64,000 nucleotides of DNA, taken from a virus. The notes beneath the pieces are model-generated. The model was not told the origin of the DNA, made no database searches, and worked only from the letters and a program-made list of their open reading frames with translations. Below are positions 45,952 through 54,653 of the stretch, in pieces (the stretch's first letter is position 1; every line of letters begins with the position of its first letter). Position numbers and translations under genes: made by a program. The stretch lies in the IMG/VR virus record IMGVR_UViG_3300029793_000467, one strand, 5' to 3'.

Positions 45952-46305
45952 ATGGAAGAGGTAGGAAACCAAGCCGCTGACACTGCGGGACGAACGTTGG
46001 GTGACGTGCTCACCGTGTTCTTCTCTTGGGTGTTCACGCCGACGGGCGCAATCCTCACTTTGTTGATGATTATTATTTGCGCCGGTAGTGTCGTGTTCGC
46101 AATCTTGCAGAAAAGCACCCGCGCGTTGATGACCGCGTTGACCATCTGCGCGTTCCTGTTGTTCGTGTGGATTATCACCGGTGTCTTGGAGGTCATGGGT
46201 TTGCCCGTGCGTGAATGGATGAAGGATATCGCGGCCCAGATGCCTGATATCGGTTCACTGTTCATGGAGTTCCTTCGCAAACTGGTGTTCACAGCCACCG
46301 AATGA
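45952..46305 (+). CDS. membrane protein (117 aa)
   Basis: Three hydrophobic helices. Confidence 0.45.
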   Translation: MEEVGNQAADTAGRTLGDVLTVFFSWVFTPTGAILTLLMIIICAGSVVFAILQKSTRALMTALTICAFLLFVWIITGVLEVMGLPVREWMKDIAAQMPDIGSLFMEFLRKLVFTATE

Positions 46306-46542
46306 TTTTTGTTCGGCTATAAAAACGAAAGAAGGCCGTATCCGTTTCATCGCGGACGCGGCTTTCTGTTTTTCTGTTCCGCCTGTAAACTTGTACGCCG
46401 TTCAACTGTTTTACTGGAATGTTTCTCCGAACGGTTTTCTGGTTCGGCGTGCCGACTTTTCGCCGTTGTTATCATCGAAACAAAAAGACATACCCCCACC
46501 ATGATTCCGTCCACACCGGAAACGAAAAAAGGAAACCAGAAC

Positions 46543-47205
46543 ATGAGAGTCAAAAACCATACGGTCATCATCACCGTCGCAATCATCAAAGGCGGTTCAG
46601 GAAAAACAACCACATCAATGGCATTGGCCGAACTATTGCACAAACGCGGGGAACAAGTCACAGTCTTGGACTCCGACAACACGGGCGGCGCGACCATGTG
46701 GGAAATGTACGTCGAACAGGAAAACCGCAGACGCAGACAGGACAATCCGGACGCGGAACCATACACGCTCGGATTCCCTGTAGTGCAAACCAACGAAGCC
46801 GTATTGAACAATCCGGAACTCATCCGCGAAAAATATTCAGGCTGGGTCATCATCGACACCCCACCGTCCGACGCCGGAGTGGTGCAGGCGGCGATAAACG
46901 CGGGCGACGTGGTGATAATCCCATGCCAGCCATCCGTATCCGATTTGACCCACGCGGGACGCACATACGCGGCGGCACGCAACGGCATCGTCCTGTTGAC
47001 ACGCGTGAAGCCGAGAACGAAACTCGCCCGGAACAGCATCAGCGAACTGGATGAGGAAGGCATCGCACGGTTCGAAACCGTCATCACGGAACGTGAAGCC
47101 GTCAAGAACATGTACGGCACGACGGAAATCGACAACAAGGAGTATTCCAGCGTCGTGCAGGAACTCATCGACTATCTGTCTGAAATCAATCTGGTGGAAG
47201 AATAA
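46543..47205 (+). CDS. parA: ParA-family partition ATPase
   Basis: Walker A IKGGSGKTTT. 220 aa. AAGGAAAC RBS. Confidence 0.8.
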   Translation: MRVKNHTVIITVAIIKGGSGKTTTSMALAELLHKRGEQVTVLDSDNTGGATMWEMYVEQENRRRRQDNPDAEPYTLGFPVVQTNEAVLNNPELIREKYSGWVIIDTPPSDAGVVQAAINAGDVVIIPCQPSVSDLTHAGRTYAAARNGIVLLTRVKPRTKLARNSISELDEEGIARFETVITEREAVKNMYGTTEIDNKEYSSVVQELIDYLSEINLVEE

Positions 47206-47235
47206 AAACAGGAGCAGGGGAGTAAGTAGGCAATC

Positions 47236-47691
47236 ATGGTCAAGAACATCAAACGCAACGCTTTCGCAACCGGAATGCAGGACAAGCGTGACATGCGCCC
47301 ATTGGAATCACCGGAAAACATTAGCGAACCGAACACGGAGCAGGAACCGACACAGGCCGTTCCTGAAACGCGGGAACCGTCAGACCAGTCAGTCCAAACG
47401 TCCGCCGACATGCATGCCCAAACGCTCACGGAGGAAGAAGCCGACCGTCGGGCACGGCTCATCACCGACATAACCCATCCTGAAACACCGGCACCATCCG
47501 AAACGCATCAGCCGCCGAAAGAGAAAAGAATCGGCAGCAACGTCACCGTCGAAAACTGGCGTGCGTGGAAGATGAGAAGCATCGAATACGGGACGAAGCA
47601 GGCTGTATTGTTGAATGCCGCGATGGATTACTGCTTCCAGCAGGGGCACTTCGACCAGTCGCTCATCGACAAGTATGAGCAGAAGGATTAG
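47236..47691 (+). CDS. putative centromere-binding partition protein (ParG/RHH-like C-terminus)
   Basis: Lies immediately downstream of parA. The N-terminus is disordered and the C-terminal ~45 aa are RHH-like. Confidence 0.4.
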   Translation: MVKNIKRNAFATGMQDKRDMRPLESPENISEPNTEQEPTQAVPETREPSDQSVQTSADMHAQTLTEEEADRRARLITDITHPETPAPSETHQPPKEKRIGSNVTVENWRAWKMRSIEYGTKQAVLLNAAMDYCFQQGHFDQSLIDKYEQKD

Positions 47692-47714
47692 GCTCCGGTA
47701 TACTAATTTTCGGA

Positions 47715-47745
47715 TGAACAAAAAGACTTCATCGAAGTCTTCCAG
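47715..47745. terminator. bidirectional hairpin (AAGACTTC/GAAGTCTT)
   Basis: 8-bp palindromic stem with a T-run on the minus strand. Sits between the convergent par and rep genes. Confidence 0.4.
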
Positions 47746-47799
47746 ATGGGGCGGCACTCACAACAGAGCGTACGTCCCATTGGTTTTTCTAAAACACAT

Positions 47800-48669
47800 T
47801 CAGGATACGAACGGGTTCATCGGCTCTTCATCATCTGCCCCACCCGCGTCCGTGTCGGCATCATCGTTACCCGACTGGATGGAAGGGAGACTGGGGCGGA
47901 CTATGACGCCGGTTTCCGTGATTTCGACTTTCAATTCCGGCCATGCGAGCTGAATCTTCTCCAACGCTCTTCTGAACTTGCGTCTGAATTCACGCATCGG
48001 ATACCCGTCATACTTGAACTGCATCAACAGAGCTTCCCATGTTACGCGGGTTTCACGTCGGGCACCGTTCGCGCGGAACGCGAGCCACTGGTAGATGTCC
48101 AAGGCGAGGGCGTCACTGCGAAGCCGACGGACGATGTACGGGTTGAGTGGCACGCAGTTCTCGGTCAGCAGCGCCCACATCTGGGGAGAGAATTCTATGA
48201 ACGACTTCTTGTTTTCGTCGGTCCCGTAGTTGAGCGCCACGGTGTTGGCGACAAAGAACGAGTGGGCTATGAATCCGTCTGCTGACCAGTTTTGGAGGAT
48301 GATGGAAGTGGTGGCTAGGTTCTTAACCATTTTCATCACATTATTCTTGTTCGACCCGGAATATTTGATTCCGACGCTATTGCAGAACGAGTTATACGTG
48401 TCGTCCAAGTAGACGGTATGATGCTCCACGTCCACGCAGTCGCTCCCGTTCTTGATAAGAGAGCGAATGTGGAGGAGGAACATTCTGGGGGCCGCACCAT
48501 AAGCCCATTCCCCGTTGGAGGCTGAGACGGTGATTGACGAGTTCCCGTTCGTCTTCCTAACGGATGGCGAGTCCGGTTTCGACTGTGGCAGGAAGCTCAG
48601 CTTTGACATCACGGACGGGGCGTAGCGGTATGCGTTTGACTTGTCGAGGTCTTTGCTATCATAGGTCAT
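47800..48669 (-). CDS. plasmid replication initiator-like protein (Rep)
   Basis: 289 aa. Adjacent to the iteron array. The C-terminal region looks like a winged helix. Confidence 0.5.
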   Translation of the reverse strand: MTYDSKDLDKSNAYRYAPSVMSKLSFLPQSKPDSPSVRKTNGNSSITVSASNGEWAYGAAPRMFLLHIRSLIKNGSDCVDVEHHTVYLDDTYNSFCNSVGIKYSGSNKNNVMKMVKNLATTSIILQNWSADGFIAHSFFVANTVALNYGTDENKKSFIEFSPQMWALLTENCVPLNPYIVRRLRSDALALDIYQWLAFRANGARRETRVTWEALLMQFKYDGYPMREFRRKFRRALEKIQLAWPELKVEITETGVIVRPSLPSIQSGNDDADTDAGGADDEEPMNPFVS

Positions 48670-48849
48670 GTGACCACAGTTCCTTAAGGTTGATGGTTGC
48701 CGTTACCCCGGCTGGTTCCGCAGCGCGGGGTTTTCTTTTCTCTGATTCTAGTTAGAACTTTCGACCTCTCCACTGTTGCAGTCAACCTCTTCGGGCACGC
48801 GTGAGAAGGTGCCGCTATAGGTGGGTTATTCTGGCACGCCCTGCATAAA

Positions 48850-48979
48850 AAGTTGGAACTTCTGACACGGAAAGTTGGAACTTCTGACACGCTAAGTGGG
48901 CACTTCTGACACGGAAGTTGGAACTTTCGACACGGAAAGTTGGAACTTCTGACACGGAAAGTTGGAACTTCTGACACGC
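48850..48979. repeat. iteron array: 6 x ~22-bp direct repeats AAGTTGGAACTTCTGACACGG
   Basis: Four perfect and two degenerate copies at 22-bp phasing, upstream of the rep gene. Confidence 0.8.
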
Positions 48980-48989
48980 TTTCGACCTG

Positions 48990-49190
48990 AAACGCCTACT
49001 CCCATAAGGGATTTCGACACCTGCAAAAGGTATACAAAAGATTACAAAATATTAATAACCCTTGTATTCCCTTCTTTTTTCAAAAAACAAGTTTTTTTAA
49101 AAAGAAGCAAAAAATCAAAAACAGAATAAACCCATTTTTTAGATTTCATGTTTTGAAGAGATTGAACCCTGCTTAAAGGTCATCCTCAAT
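48990..49190. other. AT-rich region (candidate DNA-unwinding element of oriV)
   Basis: Strongly AT-rich (runs of A/T such as TTTTTTCAAAAAACAAGTTTTTTTAAAAAG) in an otherwise GC-rich sequence, adjacent to the iterons. Confidence 0.5.
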
Positions 49191-49402
49191 GCTTTTTTCG
49201 CTTCCCTGATTCGAACGTTTGAACAGGTCTAATCCTTTTGTGGAAGAGAGAAAAAAGAAAAGTTCCGGAAAAAGAAAAACAGAGAAGCCAGTACCACCGG
49301 TGGATGCATGCTGAAAACCCCGAAGCCGATATAGGAAACCTCGGACGGAAGGTAGACTTGAAGACAGTGCATGACAAACGGAAATGAATTCGGAGCGGAA
49401 CT

Positions 49403-50683
49403 GTGTTCGGAAGCAAGAAAGACAAGAACGGCAAACAGCCGATGGGCCAGCAGAAGGCGAAGCAGAACCCGAACAATGAGACCGACCTGTTCGCTGACGA
49501 AAAAGAACGCAAGGACGAGATAGAACTCACCGCGTGGAAGAAGGCGTTGAAGAACACCCAGAAGTGGAAGGTTCTCATCATCCTGTTCATCTGCACCGGT
49601 CTGGTCGCCCCGATGGTTTCCGTCCGTGCAATCAACACGTTGAACGAAATGGGTTCCTACCTGACGGAGAAGTACAAGGAAATCAGCGGCGACAAGCCCG
49701 GCAAGCAGGTCGCGTTGCAAGCCGTGTACAGTTGGCTGGATGATGACAAGGGCGCTTTCCAATACGGGTATGCGAACCTGTGGTGGAATGGCGCCACTGA
49801 AGTCAGCACATCCACGTCGGACGATTCCAGCGGTTCCACCACCCAGTATTGGAGTCATCAGATGTCCCTCACCGACAAGTCGGATGGAAGCACGAGGGAT
49901 ATCACCCAGCTTGTCGCCGTCACCGATGGTGTGGCTACTGCGGTGGGAACGCCGACCGTGCTTCCCAAGACCGTCACTTCGAACAGCAATACGGACACGT
50001 ATCGTCCCGACGGTTACATTCAGCTTGACCAGAACACGAGCCTGACGAACGTGGTCAGCGCTTGGTCTAAAGCATACATCGGCAAAGACTCCAACGCTTT
50101 GACGGTACTTGTCGGAGACCCGAACAGCGACCACATGTATCAACCCGCAAGCTTGGGTTCGTATCTGAACTCGTCCCTAGACTGGCTTGTGCAATGCACC
50201 AAGGACGGCAAGACCGTTGACAAGCAGAACAAGTCCGACAATCCCGAATGGGCGGCGGCGAGCGTCAGCATCTCGTTCAAACCCTACGAGAAGAAGGTTG
50301 ACGCGAGTACGGCCAACGACCCGAACGCGGACACTGGTTCAACGAGCGACGTGGAGACGAGCGTCACCGTCCTCATCCATAATCCGACCCGTGGTAGCGC
50401 GAAAATCGTTGACTGGGGTGCCGAAGGCAGTCTGACCACGTTGAAGGCGTTCAGCAATGCCATTGACCGTTCGCTGATTGGCTCTTCCAGCAGTGATGAC
50501 GATGATGATTCTTCCGATTCCAGTTCATCGGATTCCGATAGCGGTTCCGGTGATGACGGTTCCGACAATGACGATTCCGACTCCTCCGATTCGGATTCGT
50601 CCGACAACAACGGCAGTAGTTCATCCCAGAATTCCGATGACGGTTCCGTAACCGGCGACCCCAATGAGGGGCCGAACGACTAA
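49403..50683 (+). CDS. secreted/membrane-anchored protein with Ser/Asp-rich C-terminal tail
   Basis: GTG start. N-terminal signal-anchor. C-terminal SSSSDDDDDSSDSSSSDSDSGSGDD low complexity. Confidence 0.5.
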   Translation: MFGSKKDKNGKQPMGQQKAKQNPNNETDLFADEKERKDEIELTAWKKALKNTQKWKVLIILFICTGLVAPMVSVRAINTLNEMGSYLTEKYKEISGDKPGKQVALQAVYSWLDDDKGAFQYGYANLWWNGATEVSTSTSDDSSGSTTQYWSHQMSLTDKSDGSTRDITQLVAVTDGVATAVGTPTVLPKTVTSNSNTDTYRPDGYIQLDQNTSLTNVVSAWSKAYIGKDSNALTVLVGDPNSDHMYQPASLGSYLNSSLDWLVQCTKDGKTVDKQNKSDNPEWAAASVSISFKPYEKKVDASTANDPNADTGSTSDVETSVTVLIHNPTRGSAKIVDWGAEGSLTTLKAFSNAIDRSLIGSSSSDDDDDSSDSSSSDSDSGSGDDGSDNDDSDSSDSDSSDNNGSSSSQNSDDGSVTGDPNEGPND

Positions 50684-50858
50684 TCCGAAAGGAAAACTAA
50701 ATTGACAGGACATAACAAGCCTAGTGAGGGTGACAAGTTCGCTGAGTTCATCAACAGCAATGGCCCGTTGACCGGTGCGATTATCGCCATCGCGTTCATC
50801 GTGTGTCTCGTCATCAGCATCATCTTGAACCTGTGATGAGATTTTTTGGAGGTTTCCT

Positions 50859-51884
50859 ATGGCTAAGAAGAAAGGCGGAATGTCCGCCGGTTCCCTGCTT
50901 GGCGGCATTCTGGTCGTGTTGACGGCCATGGTGCTCATCGTGAATCTTGGATTGTGGACTCCCATGTCGAAGATTTTCGGATTGCCGGAAATCAACAGTC
51001 TATCCCAGTTGATGCCGGGTGAGGATTCCAAGGTGAAGCCGGATGTGAAATTAGGGTTGAAGGAGCCTTCCTTGAAGTCGTCCGGCTCCAATTCGCAAAC
51101 CAATACTCCAGAAGCCGCAGAAACGCCCTCAGAAACGACGCAGACACAAAATGGGGACAATTCCTCAAGTCAAGCACAAAAAGCCTCCACAAGCGTTCCT
51201 GAAGGTGCTTTAAGCCCTATCAGCACGAAACAGGCGCTTGACAAACTCGCTGACATCGAAACCGCAACCCCGCACACCAAAGGATACAATCGCAAAACCG
51301 ACTTCGGCACATGGCAGAACAGCAACCAGCTCTGCGGATACGGCACCACCCGCGACTACATCCTCAAACGCGACATGACCGACGTGACCATGGACAAGAA
51401 CTGCAAGGTGCTCACCGGCACCCTCCAAGACCCATATACAGGCAATGCCATCAAATTCCAGCGCGACACCTACGAGACCGTCAACGGCAAACAGAAGAAA
51501 ACAGGCGGAGACAGCATGGCCGTCCAAATCGACCATGTGGTGGCTGTCAACGACGCTTGGGCCAGCGGACTGTGGAAGGACTCGCGCAAGGGCGACCGCA
51601 TCACCTATGCGAACGACCCGGAAGTGCTCGTCGCGTCCGAAGGAGAAGCGAACAACATCAAACAGCAGGGCGTGAACCTTGTTAAGGACGAGGCGTTGAA
51701 CGGTTCCTCGACCAAGTGGAAGGACGCAACGCCCAGCATTTGGCTCCCGTCCAACAAGACGTACCAATGCTCGTATATGGCTAAACGCGTGTACATCAAA
51801 GACAAGTACAAACTGTCCATGAGCAGTTGGGAAAAAGCCGAAACGAAGTCGTTCCTCACGCAATGCGTGGCCGACGGGAACTGA
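50859..51884 (+). CDS. membrane-anchored extracellular DUF1524/HNH-like nuclease candidate
   Basis: N-terminal TM helix, a Ser/Thr-rich linker, then TATPHTKGYNRKTDFGTWQ..CGYGTTRDYILKRDM..IDHVVAVNDAW, which resembles the DUF1524/GmrSD-C His-Me finger. Confidence 0.45.
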   Translation: MAKKKGGMSAGSLLGGILVVLTAMVLIVNLGLWTPMSKIFGLPEINSLSQLMPGEDSKVKPDVKLGLKEPSLKSSGSNSQTNTPEAAETPSETTQTQNGDNSSSQAQKASTSVPEGALSPISTKQALDKLADIETATPHTKGYNRKTDFGTWQNSNQLCGYGTTRDYILKRDMTDVTMDKNCKVLTGTLQDPYTGNAIKFQRDTYETVNGKQKKTGGDSMAVQIDHVVAVNDAWASGLWKDSRKGDRITYANDPEVLVASEGEANNIKQQGVNLVKDEALNGSSTKWKDATPSIWLPSNKTYQCSYMAKRVYIKDKYKLSMSSWEKAETKSFLTQCVADGN

Positions 51885-51904
51885 TAGCCGGTTTCTCCAT
51901 GAGA

Positions 51905-51975
51905 CCCGTCGCCTGTAATCTATGGTTATAGAGATTCCATATGAGGGCGGCGGGTCGTCTTTTTGCGCGAGAGAT
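51905..51975 (+). terminator. hairpin followed by T-run
   Basis: GACCCGTCGCC...GGCGGCGGGTC stem followed by GTCTTTTTG. Confidence 0.35.
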
Positions 51976-52186
51976 AAGGGTTCATCTAGAAGAGAAAAAC
52001 ACCCGTTAAACCCCTTGTTGGGAAAATTTTTCCTGTTTTTCCGGTTTTTCACCAGATGAATGTTCGAGGTCGTTTACTGTAACAGTTGAGACCGGGTTTT
52101 CGTGGTATATCTTCCACCATCTGGTTTCTTTCCCGGTCTCTGTGGAACGCTCCTCACGGGGAGTGTGTTTCGGGTTCCGCCACCCG

Positions 52187-52240
52187 TGTGTGGATTCTTT
52201 TTTTGGGTGGCGGAACCATTTTCTTTTCTAATCGACATTG
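52187..52240 (+). terminator. strong hairpin GGTTCCGCCACCC/GGGTGGCGGAACC followed by T-rich tract
   Basis: Perfect 13-bp stem with ATTTTCTTTTC downstream. There is no upstream CDS, so this is a possible sRNA 3' end. Confidence 0.4.
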
Positions 52241-52263
52241 TGGCGATTTGAGAAGAGAATGAT

Positions 52264-52294
52264 GTTATACTAGAAGCGTTCACACAATAACAGA
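52264..52294 (+). promoter_or_regulatory. conserved promoter element
   Basis: TGTTATACTAGAAGCGTTCACACA. Confidence 0.55.
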
Positions 52295-52317
52295 AAAAGC
52301 CAGCCAAGGAGAAAAAC

Positions 52318-52689
52318 ATGAGCAACTACTTCAACAGCATCGAACATCAAATCAACCTCATGCTCGACAGGGAACAAGACCTCCAAGACGAACAGGAACA
52401 GCGCCTACGGGATATTCACGACGGCATCGGAGACTACGTGCTGTTGCCCGAAGGCGACCCGTGGAACATCGATGACTACGAGCAAGACCCACAGCCCACC
52501 AACGTCAACAACACTTGCAGTCACGGACTCTATGTTGACGAAGGTGTGAAATCTGGAACCATGTATCATCTCAACCCTGACCTCGGACTGTGGGCGGCTT
52601 GTGACGACTACGAGGACATAGAAAAAATGGTCAGGGAAGGCAAAACGTTCACCCAGCCCATCGACGATTACGATTCGAAGCTCGCCTGA
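52318..52689 (+). CDS. hypothetical acidic protein (123 aa)
   Basis: Promoter element at 52264-52294. Confidence 0.45.
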   Translation: MSNYFNSIEHQINLMLDREQDLQDEQEQRLRDIHDGIGDYVLLPEGDPWNIDDYEQDPQPTNVNNTCSHGLYVDEGVKSGTMYHLNPDLGLWAACDDYEDIEKMVREGKTFTQPIDDYDSKLA

Positions 52690-52731
52690 GAAAGAATTTT
52701 TCCTGCAACCTTCCTTGTTTGCGAAAAACTA

Positions 52732-52760
52732 CGTTATAGTGGAACCAGTCACAAACAAGG
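52732..52760 (+). promoter_or_regulatory. conserved promoter element
   Basis: CGTTATAGTGGAACCAGTCACAAA. Confidence 0.5.
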
Positions 52761-52771
52761 AAGGTTCCTTT

Positions 52772-53104
52772 TTGAACACCGAAACGGACATCACGGACAG
52801 TCAAACCCAAGAACGTTCCCGTCCACGCAAAGACCTTGACACCGTAGGAGGGTTCCTTGACTCCTGCAAGGACGAGACGCCAATCCTGCTTTACTTCAAC
52901 ACAAACGACGGAATACAAAGAATCCCCCACATCCTAGGAGACCCGCCCACCGTCGGACAACTCCGACTCAACAAATATCTGCGGCCACTGAAAATCCAAC
53001 GAAGAGTCCGCTACCAGATTGCCGGAACCAGCGACACCGGCTGGGTCATCCGGGTCGATGAACGATTCAAGAAAAAAAAATACGTCAAAGCGTCGAAAGC
53101 CTGA
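52772..53104 (+). CDS. hypothetical protein (TTG start, AAGGAAGG RBS)
   Basis: Promoter element at 52732-52760. Ends in the A9 tract. Confidence 0.4.
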   Translation: MNTETDITDSQTQERSRPRKDLDTVGGFLDSCKDETPILLYFNTNDGIQRIPHILGDPPTVGQLRLNKYLRPLKIQRRVRYQIAGTSDTGWVIRVDERFKKKKYVKASKA

Positions 53105-53858
53105 ATACTTGGAATATCAGAACAACACCGTGAACAAAAACTGCCTATACTCCAACGGAGACCGGGAAGCAGTCTTGCAGACCATCTTCCGTAGGGGAGT
53201 CCTCCCACAGGTCGTGGTGTACACGCTCGGACTACTGGTGGCGGTATGGCTCCTCGCATATTCGAACTCCCTGACGGGAGGATGGAAAATCATCTTCCTG
53301 TTCCTGTCCATCCTGAATTTCGTGGCGGGAATCCGGGGACTCGTCAAGGTAAGCGCCAGCTGGATTACAGTCCGTGACTGCGCGTATCCGAACATCGACG
53401 CGAACGCGGCTGAAACATGGGATTTGGCCGTATGGCTCGCCAACAGTCCACAATTCGGAGGAACCCCCATTCGTGCCATGCGACAGCAGGAACTACGTGA
53501 GGCATTGGATGAGTACGGGCCACTGTTCCTAGCGAACAATCCGGAAGACGTGACCGTCCAACTGAACCGGTTGGAACGGCTCATGCATGACGTGGATTGG
53601 ACAGGCCAATACGTTCATGCGCTCCTTCTATTCCGACAGTTGAAAGACTCACATCTCAAATATTGGAGCCAACTGGACGGAGCCTACTGGCAAACGTTAA
53701 TAAAACTGACGTCAGGCATGCGTTTGGAAAACCTACGCGAAGACGTGCAACTCTCCCCACACCGCATGGTCATCTTGGATGGATTGCAGATTAACTGCGG
53801 ACTGCACGGAACCGTAGGCGAATACACCGTCGGCTACGAGGATGGCGGAGTCCTGTGA
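53019..53858 (+). CDS. membrane protein; overlapping +1 frame ORF (possible frameshifted continuation of previous gene)
   Basis: The ORF is open from 53019 and overlaps the previous gene by 85 nt across an A9 homopolymer. Contains two TM helices. Confidence 0.35.
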   Translation: MPEPATPAGSSGSMNDSRKKNTSKRRKPEYLEYQNNTVNKNCLYSNGDREAVLQTIFRRGVLPQVVVYTLGLLVAVWLLAYSNSLTGGWKIIFLFLSILNFVAGIRGLVKVSASWITVRDCAYPNIDANAAETWDLAVWLANSPQFGGTPIRAMRQQELREALDEYGPLFLANNPEDVTVQLNRLERLMHDVDWTGQYVHALLLFRQLKDSHLKYWSQLDGAYWQTLIKLTSGMRLENLREDVQLSPHRMVILDGLQINCGLHGTVGEYTVGYEDGGVL

Positions 53859-54172
53859 ACTATCAGATGCTACGAGACGTTCGCACCGGACGAATCCACA
53901 TGTTCTCCAACAATTGTTGGATGCTTCGGGATTGGGTGGCGAAAAACATCGGACTGGAAGAGAACGGCGTAGCTCTCATACGCAGACTCGACCTGTTGGA
54001 AATGGAAAAATACTCCACCAAAATGATGGACAATCCCGAATCGTCCAGCGAGGAATACCGGCAAGCGAAAACCATGCATGACGGCGTGGTCAGAACATTC
54101 AAGGAAATGTCGCCGGTGGCGCGACTCGAATACTGGGACTGTCTGAACGACACTCCCGTCAACATCCTCTGA
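53855..54172 (+). CDS. hypothetical protein (105 aa)
   Basis: ATGA-coupled ORF. Confidence 0.4.
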   Translation: MNYQMLRDVRTGRIHMFSNNCWMLRDWVAKNIGLEENGVALIRRLDLLEMEKYSTKMMDNPESSSEEYRQAKTMHDGVVRTFKEMSPVARLEYWDCLNDTPVNIL

Positions 54173-54209
54173 GCTTAGAAAAAACACAAAACCTCTGAAA
54201 GGAGCAGCA

Positions 54210-54653
54210 TTGGACGAACAATCCTCCACCCAACGTTTCCATATCCTCATGGCCGGTATCAGCGAAGGTGAGACCAGAATCCTCTACAACATCGAAAAAG
54301 GAAGGTTGACCGCCGACATCCTCAAAAGCAACATCGGCAGACGACTGCTGGATGCCGGACTCATCCGACGTAACGGACAATCAGCCCCATCCCTCACCAA
54401 GGATGGCATGCGCCTCGTATCCATGCTCGCCCAAGGCGAGGCAGACCGTCCAATCCGACTATACGAGCGCAACAGCGAAACACTGCTCCGCCAAGCCGGA
54501 CAGGGAACGGCCAACGCATACAAGGCCGGTTTCGAAAACGCCGCCGTCGAACTGCTGAACGACAAGCTGGTTCACCTCGACATCGCAACAGGCGCTCTGA
54601 CGCTGCTCCCTGCGGGACGAGAACTATTGGAACGACTGGAGCAGACGTCTTGA
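54210..54653 (+). CDS. hypothetical protein (147 aa)
   Basis: ORF. Confidence 0.4.
   Translation: MDEQSSTQRFHILMAGISEGETRILYNIEKGRLTADILKSNIGRRLLDAGLIRRNGQSAPSLTKDGMRLVSMLAQGEADRPIRLYERNSETLLRQAGQGTANAYKAGFENAAVELLNDKLVHLDIATGALTLLPAGRELLERLEQTS

Noticed and set aside
48850-48979. Regularly spaced 22-bp direct repeats that could be mistaken for a CRISPR array
   Set aside because: The repeats are contiguous with no unique spacers and lie next to rep and an AT-rich DUE. They are iterons.
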